Shown: positions 51,895 to 64,000 of the stretch, piece by piece | Position numbering within the stretch: the first letter of the stretch is position 1 | Layout: each line of letters begins with the position of its first letter | Source of the DNA: Lama guanicoe | Taxonomy: Eukaryota | Length of the DNA stretch: 64,000 nt | Assembly: GCA_013239625.1 (NCBI GenBank) | Contig: MU056313.1 | Span: 2,465,786 to 2,529,785 of the forward strand | Direction: 5' to 3' | Position numbers and translations under genes: made by a program | Notes under the pieces: model-generated | Databases searched by the model: none | The model's input: the letters and a program-made list of their open reading frames with translations, nothing else | What the model was told of the DNA's origin: nothing

Positions 51895-54010
51895 ATCACT
51901 CTCCCTCGTTATTTATGCCGCATTTCAGCACCACATCTGCATAACCTTGCCTGAAAGATCCCTGCAGGCCTCCTGCTGTTATGCCTTCCAGTTCCCGATA
52001 GAAGTCACCCACCATCACCACCTCCACCTGCCACCTGCCACCAGCCACAGACCTGCCGCTGGCGAGCCTCGGGGAGACTGGCGGATTTGCTTCCGGGTGA
52101 AAGTGCATATTCCTGCTTTCTGCTCTAAACTCTGAAAAGTCACTATATGGCATTGGAAAGAAAATCATTACACTTAATAATGGTCGACTATTTAAGGCAC
52201 AAAAGTGTCTGAAGGAGGCTCCCTGGTCCACTTGGGAAGAGATTCTCCCCTCAGAAAACCAGAAGATTGTTTATTACGACTTGCTGTGGTTTGCATTCTC
52301 CCCTTCTTAGCCTGGCAGAATACTTTCCTTTCACGAGTTTGCCTAGTGTCCTGGTTTACACATAAGACAACTGTACTTCAGCTATTGTTTGCCTGCACTT
52401 ATATGTCGTAATATGCACAGTGATTACAAAATCTAAAGCAAGAGTAGGAAAGTTAATTCGAATGAGTGTGATTTTGTTGAACTGAATGTGAGTTTTAAAT
52501 AGGAGTCTTTTCCTGCAGTTTTAGTTGTACTTTTTAGAAGTGCAAACAATAAGTGAATAAGAGCCTTTGGTAATAATCATGAGACTATAAGAGGTTTAGC
52601 TAGACTACAAAAAAAAACTATTTGTGTTGTAAAGTTGCATTGCTATTTTATATTAAAATGTAATAATCAGCATCATGAACAATGAGCTCTTAGTGTTTTA
52701 TTTATCTGATAAAATTTAAAGAGAAGCAGTGTTAGTGAGAGGTGCAAGGAATTAATCTAACGTAGACACCTGAAAGTATCTGTAAGCAATACTGATAGGT
52801 AAGATTTCACTGTGTGTACACATACCCATCTGAGATTGTATGAGAACAGACAATCCATATGATGTGCTGTACGTTTTATGGAAATGTAAAAGAATGCCAC
52901 GCGTTATTTTATAGAAATAGAGTACTTCAGAAGCATCATGAGTATTAAGGCTGGTCTTAGCAAGGATTATGATCAATACAATTATTTTTACTATGATAAT
53001 TATTTTTTCTTCTATGGAACTCAGAATCCTGGCTACATTTGAGGACAGGAATATGATGAGCCTGATTTTCCTGGTGTGTGTGAAATATTTCCTCTGAATA
53101 CAGTAGGCACTCTTTCGAGGCAATGTTAAATCATTCAGGTTATGTTTTCCGCCCTGAGGTGGAAACCTGCAAGATGATGCTGGCACCTGAAAGATTTAAC
53201 GTGGTTAACAGTGCCTGAATTACACATACCCTGAGAACTAGCTTTGTATTTCTTATGACTTTGCATAAGAACTATTCATATTTGGACCTCGAGCACCTTA
53301 TGGATAAAACTTTTTATGACATTTCTTCCGTGGACAGTGATTGATCTTTTCACAATGTACGTAGACTCTAGGATTTTGTACATACGTTTGCTCTTTTTTT
53401 GTACAGATTATTTAGTTGTTGAGAAAACGGGAATTTCCTAATTTGGTCTTTATCCTTCACTTCAACTAAGCTCAAACACTTTCAACAGATTATCCTTTAC
53501 ATCTCTCACAGATGATCATCACGTCTTGACAGTGTGATTCTATAAGATAGCACTTATGCAAAAGTTTATGAAAATAAAAGATCTTAGCAGCCAAACTGAA
53601 AGGTATATATATACTGAATACAGAGGAATTTCATTAGGAAAAAGGTAAAGAAACACCTTTGAGTAGCCTACCTTGATTACTGTCAAGTTCACAGCCAGCT
53701 TTATATTTTAAAGGCTTTGGGTTTGAAATTAGGTCAACTGCATGCAGCTTTGCTGAAAAATGAATAATTACCTTTGATGCCATGTATGAGAAAAGACTTC
53801 AGTATCTGTTGCCTGTCATATTTAAGAAAAATTACTGTTTCTACTCTCTGTATCTGATTTTAAAAGGAAAAATATTCANNNNNNNNNNNNNNNNNNNNNN
53901 NNNNNNNNNNNNNNNNNNNNNNNNNNNNNNNNNNNNNNNNNNNNNNNNNNNNNNNNNNNNNNNNNNNNNNNNNNNNNNNNNNNNNNNNNNNNNNNNNNNN
54001 NNNNNNNNNN
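51895..54010 (+). other. SORBS2: SORBS2 3'UTR (3' end inferred, probably within N-gap 53879-54010)
   Basis: Repeat-free AU-rich sequence after the stop; AATAAA at 53573-53578; GU-rich element immediately after the gap. Confidence 0.65.
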
Positions 54011-55311
54011 GTTGTGTGTTTTATCCCAATCTGTCAGATAAAGCTCAGAGAAAGTGTGTTTGCTCTGTGTTCTCTTGACGCACAAATGGAGAAAAAATGC
54101 ACTTGCATCAGAGAAAAATATTTTTTAAACCCACCACCAAAACTCATTGGCTAAAAATTGTTTCTCCACTAAAAACAACACATTTAAAACTGTTTCTGCC
54201 TCAAAAGTAGCTATTTTCTTAAGGGAGAGTTAATTACAAGTTAATACAAAATCTGTGATGGAAACTGGATTCAGAATCTGGCATCTATCTACCAAGCTTG
54301 TACTCTTTCTTCTAAACCAGCCAAGCTTGGTGCTAAACACTTTTGATCAGACTGTGCACTTCAAGTTAAACAGCTACATCCACCTACCTCCTTCCCTCTC
54401 CACCATTCTCACAAATTCTGCCCACATGAATAGCCAGTCACTCATAACAGCATCTTGCTGTGAACAAGAGGACAATAAAGAGGGATATGTTCAGTCCAGC
54501 GCAACGGTGTTTCCCTGAGGAAAGCTAATCTTGCTTTCTAAAAGTACACAGTAACCAGTGAGGATATAATTTCAATTATCGACATGTCTTAACTGAGCAT
54601 GAGTCTGCCCATGAGCTGTGATTCATTAAGGTCCTAGAGGCTGCTGCCTGTGAGTCACATCAGCAGCTGGTGGTGCTCTGGGAAATGCTTGGTATTGTTG
54701 AGCCATCTGGAGACAGGCAGGACCAGCATGCTCTAAGGACATGGTGTGCCTTCTGGACATCTTTTCTTATACAAAGCCCCAGGACACTCAAGCCATTCTC
54801 TGCTGGATGACACACTAAGTGACTGGGAACCTTAGCTCACTGCTAAATTCAGCCCCTCCGTGGCTCAGGAAAGTTCCATCTGAGCTCACGCACGTACATA
54901 TATCTTGACCCAAAAAACTTTCAGTACAAGACAGAAATCTGCCTAGCAAATCTTCACCTGTTCCTTTGGGGTTTCTTGTTTCATCCTTTTCCTTAAAATA
55001 CGGTGGATGACTCAGTTGTCTCAGTGTCTTCCAAAAATAAGTGCCATTTCAAACAAAACTCTTGTTCCCATTAACAACACCAGTGGATGAGTGTCAAAGC
55101 TTGCACTGATAATACAGAAAGCTTGAGAATGATTTTTTAAGCATTTTTTTTCTTTTTTAATTACACAAGCAACAGACGTGTATTGTAGGAAAAATTAGAG
55201 AACATAAATGAGCAAAAAGGAGCAACATGGAATCACTTAGAGTCCCATTTAGGGTAAAGATTACAGGCAGGAACACATTCCTCCAGAGTGTTTTCCTGCA
55301 CATGTGTATTA

Positions 55312-55337
55312 GAGTGTGTATGTGTGTGTGTGTGTGT
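55312..55337. repeat. Imperfect (TG)n microsatellite
   Basis: GAGTGTGTATGTGTGTGTGTGTGTGT seen directly. Confidence 0.85.
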
Positions 55338-56331
55338 AGCATGTGAACAAAAGTGGAATCATACTGAACATACTGTTTTACAATCTACACTTAACATTGA
55401 ACAGGACTCTGAAATAAAGTGAATAAATCATGTTTCAAGTCCATTCAACATTACCAAGGTTAAAAAAAAAAAGAGTAAGAAAAAGTCAGAGTCAATCACT
55501 AGGATTCATGAAAATGCAATTAATTCAAGGCCAAGAGGCAAGAACTACAGAATTACCGCTAGGCTAGGAAATCTGTTGCAATCTGAGGGATTGGTAGAGG
55601 AAGGAAGGAAAAGATAAAAAGAGAGAGAAGAAAATAATATGTATTATCTCCCTACCAGAAGCCATCACGTGCATTAGGAATTTCATAAAAGACCTTTTTA
55701 ATCCAGAGTTAAAGAGCTGAAAGCCACAGTCCTTATGGTCTCTATATTCGGCCCTATGGCTGGCAAATCCAGATCCTTTGGCAGAAAGCAGTCCCTTCTT
55801 CCAAATTCTGGAGGTTGGAAGAGAATGCACAGGAGAAGGAGTAAAAGCATAGGTGAAGTTGAACAAGTGCTTCTAGACAAACATGAATCAGTGGGAAATC
55901 TCCCTGGGCAAAACAGGGCATCTACAAAACCATCTGAGCCTAATACTCAAGCCAACCCCGGGCAGAGAGGCTGGCCTCTCCCACGTGGAGTCAAAGGCTG
56001 GGCGTGGGAGGGCAGATGAGTTCAGTTATCAGTAACCTGATCGGAGGTCCCGTGGATGGTAAGGAGAGACTTTACCTCCTCCCAGAAGACGTGCAGCCCA
56101 TGGGGAGCTCGGGACAAGACCAGCCTGGGATCTGAGTAAGAACATCGACAATGCCACCTCCTCAGGCTTACGCTGGAGCACCCAACTGTGCCCCTCTAAC
56201 CATCCCCACCGCCTGCAGTATGAGTCACACCTACGTTCCTGGTGAATAAAAGGAGTGGAATATACTCATTTCCAGTCAACATTTTTAGTAACGGTGACCA
56301 CGTTTAAAAATAAACCCAGGAGCTTAGTCCT

Positions 56332-56502
56332 TGTTGAGGGCTGAATTGTATCTCCCGAAATCCATGTGGAAGTCCTAATCCCAAGTATCTCAGAATGTGA
56401 CTGTATTTGGAGATGGGGTCTTAAAGAGGTAATTAAGGTAAAACAAGATCAGACAGGTGGATTTTAATCCAGTAGGACTCGTATCCTTAAATGGAGGGGA
56501 GA
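56332..56502 (+). mobile_element. MLT1 (A-D-like) MaLR LTR 5' fragment
   Basis: GGCTGAATTGT.TC.CC...GAAGTCCTAATCCC..TCAGAATGTGACTGTATTTGGAGAT.GGGTC...GAGGTAATTAAGG. Confidence 0.85.
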
Positions 56503-57811
56503 TCAGCACACTAATTCAACATTTTGCTGAATCTTTAGAAGATAAGACTAAGCACTGAAGAAGAGCTATCTCCTTTTGACAAATTTGTTGAACTCATCCT
56601 GGGGGCTGAAGCTCTCTGTACAGGGTCTATTGAGAAGCTATTCAAAGAATTTTATGTCTCCACAGGCTCCAGGGATTTCTGGATTATTCTCATTAACCCT
56701 CCAAAATTCTGAGTTCCCAAGTTTTTCAACAGCTGCTTGCATGATGGCTATACCCTCAGTGAGAGACACAGCACATTTCTAAATTATAACTGCACAACTT
56801 AGAAAGGTTGAGCAGAGAAGGCAAAAAGGAAACAGCAAACAGATACCTGTATCTCTTCAAATGATGCCTCAGGCCCTCAGACTCTTGAAATTCCACCAGG
56901 CCAGACTATTTAACCTACTTTGTTTTGCCATGCGTTCTCAATCATCTTCCTCAAGAAGCAATCTCAAATACAAACTCAAAGGAGCCTTCAAAGGAAGGGT
57001 CACCTGCCTGCTAGTTTCTCTCCCATAAGGGACATAAGATAGCACTGAAATATTCAATCAATCCTGTTTGCCTCTGAATAAATATCTATCTATCAATTGA
57101 TCAATAAGTAGATACATAGATAGACAGAGACCTGGGCTGTGTTTAAATACAAAAAGGTAGAAAATGAAATCTAATAATAATTAGAAGTTGTTGACTGGAT
57201 ACTCATGAAATATCTGTTTTCCCTCAGGGTGAAGTGCTGATAAGGCCATGATGAGGTATGATTTCAAGAATTCATAGATAATACTCATCCCGGAAAAACT
57301 CCCTTGGACAAAATGGCAAGGGTTCAGTATACGTTTTTCTAAGGACTCACTCATTATTCTTTAATCATACTGAGTAAAATCGGTCTCAAAATTAGATTGA
57401 CATAAACATTGATTTTACTGGGTCACTAATGCAATGCCAACCCACAGAACTTATTTTTTACTGAGATTGCTCAAAGAAACTAACCTGTATCTGAGCCAGG
57501 TTCCCTGGGTTTTTCTGCAGATGAGCTTTGATACAAGGAATAGGGTATCAAGACCAAACATTCAAGGCCCTCTGGCTTGAAGAGTCCTGACTAAATGCTG
57601 CCAACGTCTCAGCTAAGTACCCCGGGGGCCGGAGACTCAGAGTTTTGACACAGCAAGACATGACTTTGGTCATTCCACTGAGCTCATGTCAGTGACCCAG
57701 TATCAATAGAGGATGTTTAATTCAAAAGAAAACATACACATAGACATCACGCTTTTCAGAACCTGTGTATGTCACAATAAACCAGACTGGGGACATGAGA
57801 TTTGCTTACTT

Positions 57812-58432
57812 TCTTAAAAACTTACTGAAGCAGAGTTGACATACAATATTATGCTTACTTCAGGTGTACAACATAGTGATCCGACAAGCAAATGCATTAT
57901 AAAATGATCACCACAACAAGCCTAGTCACTATCTGTCACCGTACAAAATTATTACAGTGCTATTGACTGTATTCCTTCTGCTGCATATTACATACCCATG
58001 ACTTATTATATAACTGAAAGTTTGTACCTCTTGATCCCTTTTACATATTTTATCCAGCCCCCTCCCCTTTTCCCCTTTGGCAACCACCTACTTATTCTCT
58101 GTATCTATAAGTGTGTTTCTGTTTTTTGTTTGTTCATTTGTTTTGCTTTTTAGATTCCACATGTAAGTGAGATCAGGTGGTACTTGTCTTTCTCTCTCTG
58201 ACTTATTTTACTTTGCATAAGACGCTCTAGGTCCATCCGTATTGTCGCAAATGGCAAACTTTCATTGTTTTCCATGGCTGAGTAATATTCCATTGTAGAT
58301 AGATACCACATCTTCTTTAACGATTTGTCCACTCATGAACACTTAGGCTGCTTCCATGTCTTGGCAATTGTAAAATGTGCTGCAGTTAACATGGGCGGGG
58401 GGTGCACATAGCTTTTCAAATTAGGGTTGTTT
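57812..58432 (-). mobile_element. L1 3' end (ORF2 C-terminus plus 3'UTR, L1MA-like), running into N-gap 58433-58638
   Basis: Minus-strand peptides LTAAHFTIAKTWKQPKC and MWYLSTMEYYSA are L1 ORF2 C-terminal motifs; TTCAGGTGTACAACATAGTGAT 3'UTR. Confidence 0.92.
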
Positions 58433-60499
58433 NNNNNNNNNNNNNNNNNNNNNNNNNNNNNNNNNNNNNNNNNNNNNNNNNNNNNNNNNNNNNNNNNNNN
58501 NNNNNNNNNNNNNNNNNNNNNNNNNNNNNNNNNNNNNNNNNNNNNNNNNNNNNNNNNNNNNNNNNNNNNNNNNNNNNNNNNNNNNNNNNNNNNNNNNNNN
58601 NNNNNNNNNNNNNNNNNNNNNNNNNNNNNNNNNNNNNNGCTTGGCATCTGTAGGCTTACATTTTTAGTAAGAATACCCCCTTCAAAGGTTTTCCTGTACA
58701 AACTACCCAGTTGTTAGGTAGCTTATTAGAGTTGTTGATAGCATAGGGTTCTGTCTAGAATTACTGGCATTTTCTTCCTAACCCTTCAGCTAAGAAAGAT
58801 AGTTACTGGCAGACACAAATGAGTTGGAACTAGCAAGCTGATCTTTGACCTACTCCCTAGGAAAAACACTGGTACTGTTTGTTCAAGTATTTATAATGAG
58901 GCCTCTAATGTATCGTCTTCCGTCCCTCTCTGCCTTACTCCCTTTCTCTCCTTCGCTCTTCTAGTGGGGGAATCTCAAAATGCCTATGAACTCTGAGCTA
59001 GTGCCGCCTAGTCCTCCCACCCACCTAACACCCCTCAACAAGCACAGCTATGCCTTTGGTCAGCTGTCAGACGATATGACAACAAGCTTAGCAGACATCT
59101 GCCCATGGATTAACAGGCCTGGTATTTCTTTCACCATCAAAGATAAATTGCTAGACAGCTGTACTGAAAATCACAGCATACTTCTCAGCACTGATGATGC
59201 AGAGAGGAGATGACCTATTTCCTAAACGGGGTCGTGAATCATCTTTCGACCTCAGGAGTTCTGTTTCCCTGCAAGAAAAGGTTTAAAGACACAACAAGGA
59301 TGACGGTGTAAACTTCAAATCCAAATGTGGCCAAGCCTCCCTCTTGACTATAGTGTAAGTGCTGATAATGACATATTATTTAAGGATCGTTCTGGAATTC
59401 AGAATTTACGAAAAGTGTAATAGAGTGAATGTCTTGCTTTGCCAACACAAATACTGTAAAATGGTATGAAAAGTATATTTCTCAAATTCAGACTCACTTA
59501 GGTTTCTAAAGAAGTGGCCCTGAACTGGTGACAACTTCAGTTAGCTTGTAAATGGATACAATTTTTTAAAAAACCATGTAGTATTTATCAAGGAGTAAAT
59601 GAGATCAAGTATACAAAGAGAATCTAACACATAGTTGGCACAAAATAAAGGCTAGTACCCTGTCCTTTTTTTCCTTTTGAATTTGCCGTTTTGGTTGATT
59701 CTATTTAGCGTCAAAGATTTGGATTTCACTGTAGATAGTCCTTCCGACTGCACTGCCAAGTTTAAGAGTCTAAATATTTGAAGCAAACAGTCAGAATACA
59801 TCATTTTTAAAAATAATCTTAAACTAGTAAGATTTTTAAAGCAGATATCGTGTAAAACAAGTATTGTAATTTTTCATAGGAAGCTAACTGTTCTTAAGGA
59901 GGAAGTGACATAAAAACCGAGTGAGAATCTAGAAACAGAAAAAGAACAGAGCAGAAAATCTGGATAAAGTAAGACCAGCCATGAGCTATATTGACGGCTC
60001 CAACACAGAGATCTGGTCTACCTGCAGAAACCCTAGTGGGACCTGATGTTGATGGATATACAACCAGACTAGACGTCTAGAGTGGCTTTATGGAGTCCTG
60101 AGTTCTGTTCTCATGTGATCTGTGATCCTGTAAGTTACTGGAAGGGCCAAGACGTCAATATTCTCATTGGTAAAATGAAGAAAATCAACTGAATAATCAA
60201 ATTTCTAAACTGTCCATGAAACCTTTATGGGAAATTCCTCAGAAAAATGCTCACAGACTGAGTGGCAACCGGATATGGATCTCACAGAAATGGAAGTTCA
60301 TTAACACTGGTTCTGAGGCCAGAAATCCTGCCTTGGAGTGCGAACGGGAATTAATGACTCAAGGCCAGACTGTGAGCTCAGTCTCCTACGTGGGCAGGTC
60401 CAGTAAGAGTACAGCACAAAACAGAAGACACTAAGAGATGGTATTTTTTTTTAAGGTAAAGACAAAATAAACATGGAACTACCAATCACATAAATAATT

Positions 60500-61330
60500 A
60501 TATGACCCCAGGAATCAAAAATACAATGTTATAATGTTTTATCTAGCAAATTGGCAACCATGCAAAAGTTCATTTCCATGTCATGTTTGTGGAAATGTGA
60601 ACTGAATAAATTTTTCAATGACAATCTGACAATTCATAAGAAAAACTTTAAAGTACTATGTAGCCATTGCTAGCAACAACATCATTTCTCTGTATGTATT
60701 CTACATATATACTTCTAACATATCTTTACGTGTTATTTCTATAGATTTATTCTATATACATTTATTCACCAAAAATAGTTATGAGTGCTTTCAAATTTTT
60801 AGCTACAAGTATGTACTGTCATGTTACTTCTGATATTAAATAATTATGAAGAACCTAAATACCTAACAATAAGGGAATTGTTAAATAAATTGAGGCACTT
60901 TTTTACTATGGAATACCACGTAATCATTTAAAAAAGACTCATGGAACAATATGTGACAATGTAAAAACATGTTCAACAAAACACTGTTAAGTGAAGAAAA
61001 GCTACAGAATGATGTGATCCCATTTTTCTCAAGAAGAATGTTTATTTTTACATATGTACCTAGAAAACAGGAGTGGGGGGAGGTTTGTGTGTACCTAAAA
61101 CAAATGTACTAGGTTGGCCCTATGAAATCACAATTTCATAAGTCAGAAACAGTCAAGTATCAGTCACTTCATAGGGTTCCACCTAATACATCAATGCATA
61201 TATACTGAAATAAAGCTAGAAAAATATTCACAAAAATGCTGACTTTGGGCATGTCTTCAGTGATTATGGATACCTTTATGTTTCAAACTTTTTATAATTA
61301 AGATGTACGTCTTTTGATATAAGAAAAAAG
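60500..61330 (+). mobile_element. Very old L1ME-like fragment
   Basis: AACCTAAATACCTAACAATAAGGGAATTGTTAAATAAATT...ATGGAATAC motif; highly degenerate, boundaries approximate. Confidence 0.55.
61109..61186. mobile_element. MADE2-like Mariner MITE (~80 bp) with TA TSD
   Basis: TA|CTAGGTTGGCCCTATGAAAT...ACTTCATAGGGTTCCACCTAA|TA inverted termini. Confidence 0.85.
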
Positions 61331-64000
61331 TTGTAATGAGGTCAAATATTTAATCTGCATACAAGTTAAAAAAGCCTAAACTATGTAATTTCTTAACTAT
61401 TCTGGCTTTCAAACTGCCACCTTCTGGTTAACAGAAATATATAAATATATACATAATTTAGGTATGCATATATTTATGATATATATTTATGTATATGTAA
61501 AATTAATCAGATGTCTAATCCTGTTTCAGTGCAATCTGTTCCAAAGATTTAAGCACTCCTATTAGGGAAGAACCACTTATCAGGATAAAAACGCGTGGTC
61601 CTTCAGAATAGCCTCCAGTCCTAGGCTTCCCTCCCAGAATTGTTCCCAGATGAGTGGGAGGAAGGAGAGTTTAACATCCTCATGTTGGTGGGAAAGATCT
61701 GGGGTTTTCAGCAGAATGTCCTCTGCCTCTTCTCGTCTCCAGGGCTGTGTGTACCTTGTCCCCTGGTGTCTCCTGGCCTTCAGGGCTGAAATCTGAGGAT
61801 GGTGCAGCTGGTGATCTGTTCTCCCTTGGCTTGGTCAGATGATCACTTCCTGGCTGACTGAGCCCCGGGTTTGCTTCCGCAGGCTGGAGACTCCCCAGCA
61901 CCCGCCACGGCCACACCCAGCCCCTGCCGCGGGGTCGCCTCACCTTGCCAGGGTGTGCGCCTGCGGAGTCTTTGCTTCTCAATCCTGCACCCCCGTCGGA
62001 TAAAGAATGAAGGTAGCCTGGAAAAGCTAAACCCCAGGGCTCCCTTTCCACCTGACCTCACCGCCTGGCCCGGCTCACTTTGACGTGTCTGAGGTCTGAC
62101 TGCTCTTGAAGATAATTCACCTTCAAGCACAGGCCTCCAGAAAAGAAATCAAGAGACACCACACTCTCTTCCTTCTTCCTCTTCTTCTACATCTTTCCAT
62201 CATTTTCCAGGACAGAATATGGCCAGGCTTTTCTTTGACTTTTACCCGGCCCCTCCCCACCACTCCAGCTAAGCACGCAGGGGTCTCTTCTCTGGACTTT
62301 GAAAAGACTGTCTGAACAGAGGCCTCTAGGCTCAGTTATTAATTTGATAAAGGGAAGTAGAAAGTCCTTCTCAAGAAATAGCTTACAAGACAATAGTTTT
62401 TATCAGCCTGTGTTTCAATCATGTATTGTTAATATTGAATATTACTTTGGTCTTTCTTTAGGCATTTCTCCTACAAAAATTATATTTAAATGCATGCTGA
62501 CGGCAGAAGAGGCAAAGGTTTTGACTCAAGAAAGCAAAAAGAAAATTAAGTATTTTAAAACTTTATCTCCATTATAAAATTATTTAAGAAAAGAGTCAGC
62601 CTAAGTAAATACCTAGACAAAACAGGGAGACCCAGGAAAGGGTGAACTGAGACTAGGAGGGAAACTTAATGAAGAGAATCAAGAGAAACCAGTGCAAAAT
62701 TCAGAGAAAATCTGAGAGATACAAACTAAAATGTCCCATGTATTTGTCATCTGATACTTCTCTACACACTCAAGTTGCTTCAGAGAGAAATAAGTATGCT
62801 ACCACAGTCTTCCTGCTATGGGCATAAAACTTTCTGCCCAAGATAAATAATCAAGACACCAATGTGCATAGTTTATTTCTCTACCATCCTGTTCCAGAAA
62901 GGATGCCAAGCAGCTGACAGGGAGAACTCTCACTCTACTGGAAAAATGAATGAAATATGATGAAGGAGCTTCAGAAAAGTTTCTTCTTTTTAGAAGCATT
63001 TAAAAACGTAAACTGTCTAGTTCACACAGAAAAAGTAGAATTATGAAAAGAACAAAATGTTGGAAATGATACAGCTTTGTAAAGAAGATAAACTGAAGTA
63101 TGGAAGAAAATGATGATTTAATCAGAGAAGGTGCCGTGAGAGAGTGTGTGGGAAGTGACCGGGGCAGCACGAAGCTTAGGAAGATGACTCTGGAGGCTTC
63201 CAAGGGAGCAGGATGGAAGCCAAAGAGCCAGCAGCATCCTGGTCCAGGTAGGGGAAAAGGATAGTCTAAATTAAGGCAGCAGCAGTGGAATACACGTGAG
63301 AGGGGCTACAAAAATAAAACAAGCAAGACTCAACCAATGAGTGGACTAGGGACTGAAGGAAATGGTGGGGTCCATGAAGACTATGAGGCTCCAAGCCAAG
63401 CCAACTGCAGGAATGATAAAAACATGAGAAATGGAAATGGCCCACTTTCCATCTTGCTCTTAAAACAGAATGATGGTAATTTATTTTCCACATAGAAGTT
63501 TTCTGCTGTAACAATATCAATAGACTTAAAAGTAAAGAAGGAAAATTTTAAAAATTCAAAAATTTGTTCTGATTCAGTGTATTTAGCGGCAGTAAGAAAC
63601 ACTCTGATTTAGAACATGTTTGTCATTTCTTATCTTCAAAGGCTAAAAGAAATCAAAAAGACCACTGACTTAACCAAAAGTATTTGAATTTACCAGTGTC
63701 ATCTCACATTGAGTTTATACAGCCTGTGGATTGCTTTATTTCTGCATAGTTATTTAAGTACTTTTTGCTTCAAGTGGTAGTTGAGTTGAATTCTGATGAC
63801 CAGCTGAGTGTTTCTTGAAGTCTATTATTTCGTAGATATAATGTAAAGCTAATTATAGACTGTTATCCAACAAGGTACCAGATTAGAATATTTGTATAAT
63901 CAATGTTTGATTAACAATGATCAAATAGAGTGGACGTTAATAATATGCCTACTCAAACGTGTAAAAGAAAATCATAGCTTCCTTATTCCCTTTAACTGAT

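Noticed and set aside
58150-58332. 60-aa ORF as a gene
   Set aside because: Decayed L1 ORF2 C-terminus.
54100-64000. A second protein-coding gene downstream of SORBS2
   Set aside because: Only short ORFs without homology cues or coherent exon chains; sequence is repeat-rich intergenic DNA.

Overview
Mammalian genomic DNA, almost certainly camelid (two Vic-1-type tRNA-derived SINEs and a camelid-type L1 3' end). The + strand carries the 3' half of SORBS2 (ArgBP2/nArgBP2). I can place 12 recognisable coding exons with GT-AG boundaries and consistent phases, from the Pro-rich alternative exons through the 1581-nt His-tract exon and three SH3 domains to the stop at 51892-51894, followed by a ~2 kb 3'UTR. 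The SoHo-domain exons lie upstream of the window. Three further frame-preserving candidate cassette exons (777, 195 and 108 nt, 360 aa in total) sit between SH3-2 and SH3-3, next to RBFOX/QKI motifs and a possible intronic poly(A) site. The rest is intronic or intergenic sequence with L1, L2, MIR, MLT1, MER2-like and MADE2 repeats and four N-gaps. Notable repeat structures are a probable L1 3'-transduction, an internal tail-less L1 fragment, a nested retro-insertion and a ~190 bp palindromic element. I see no evidence of a wholly new multi-gene system. Comparisons to human SORBS2/SORBS1 and to repeat consensus sequences are from memory, not from a search.
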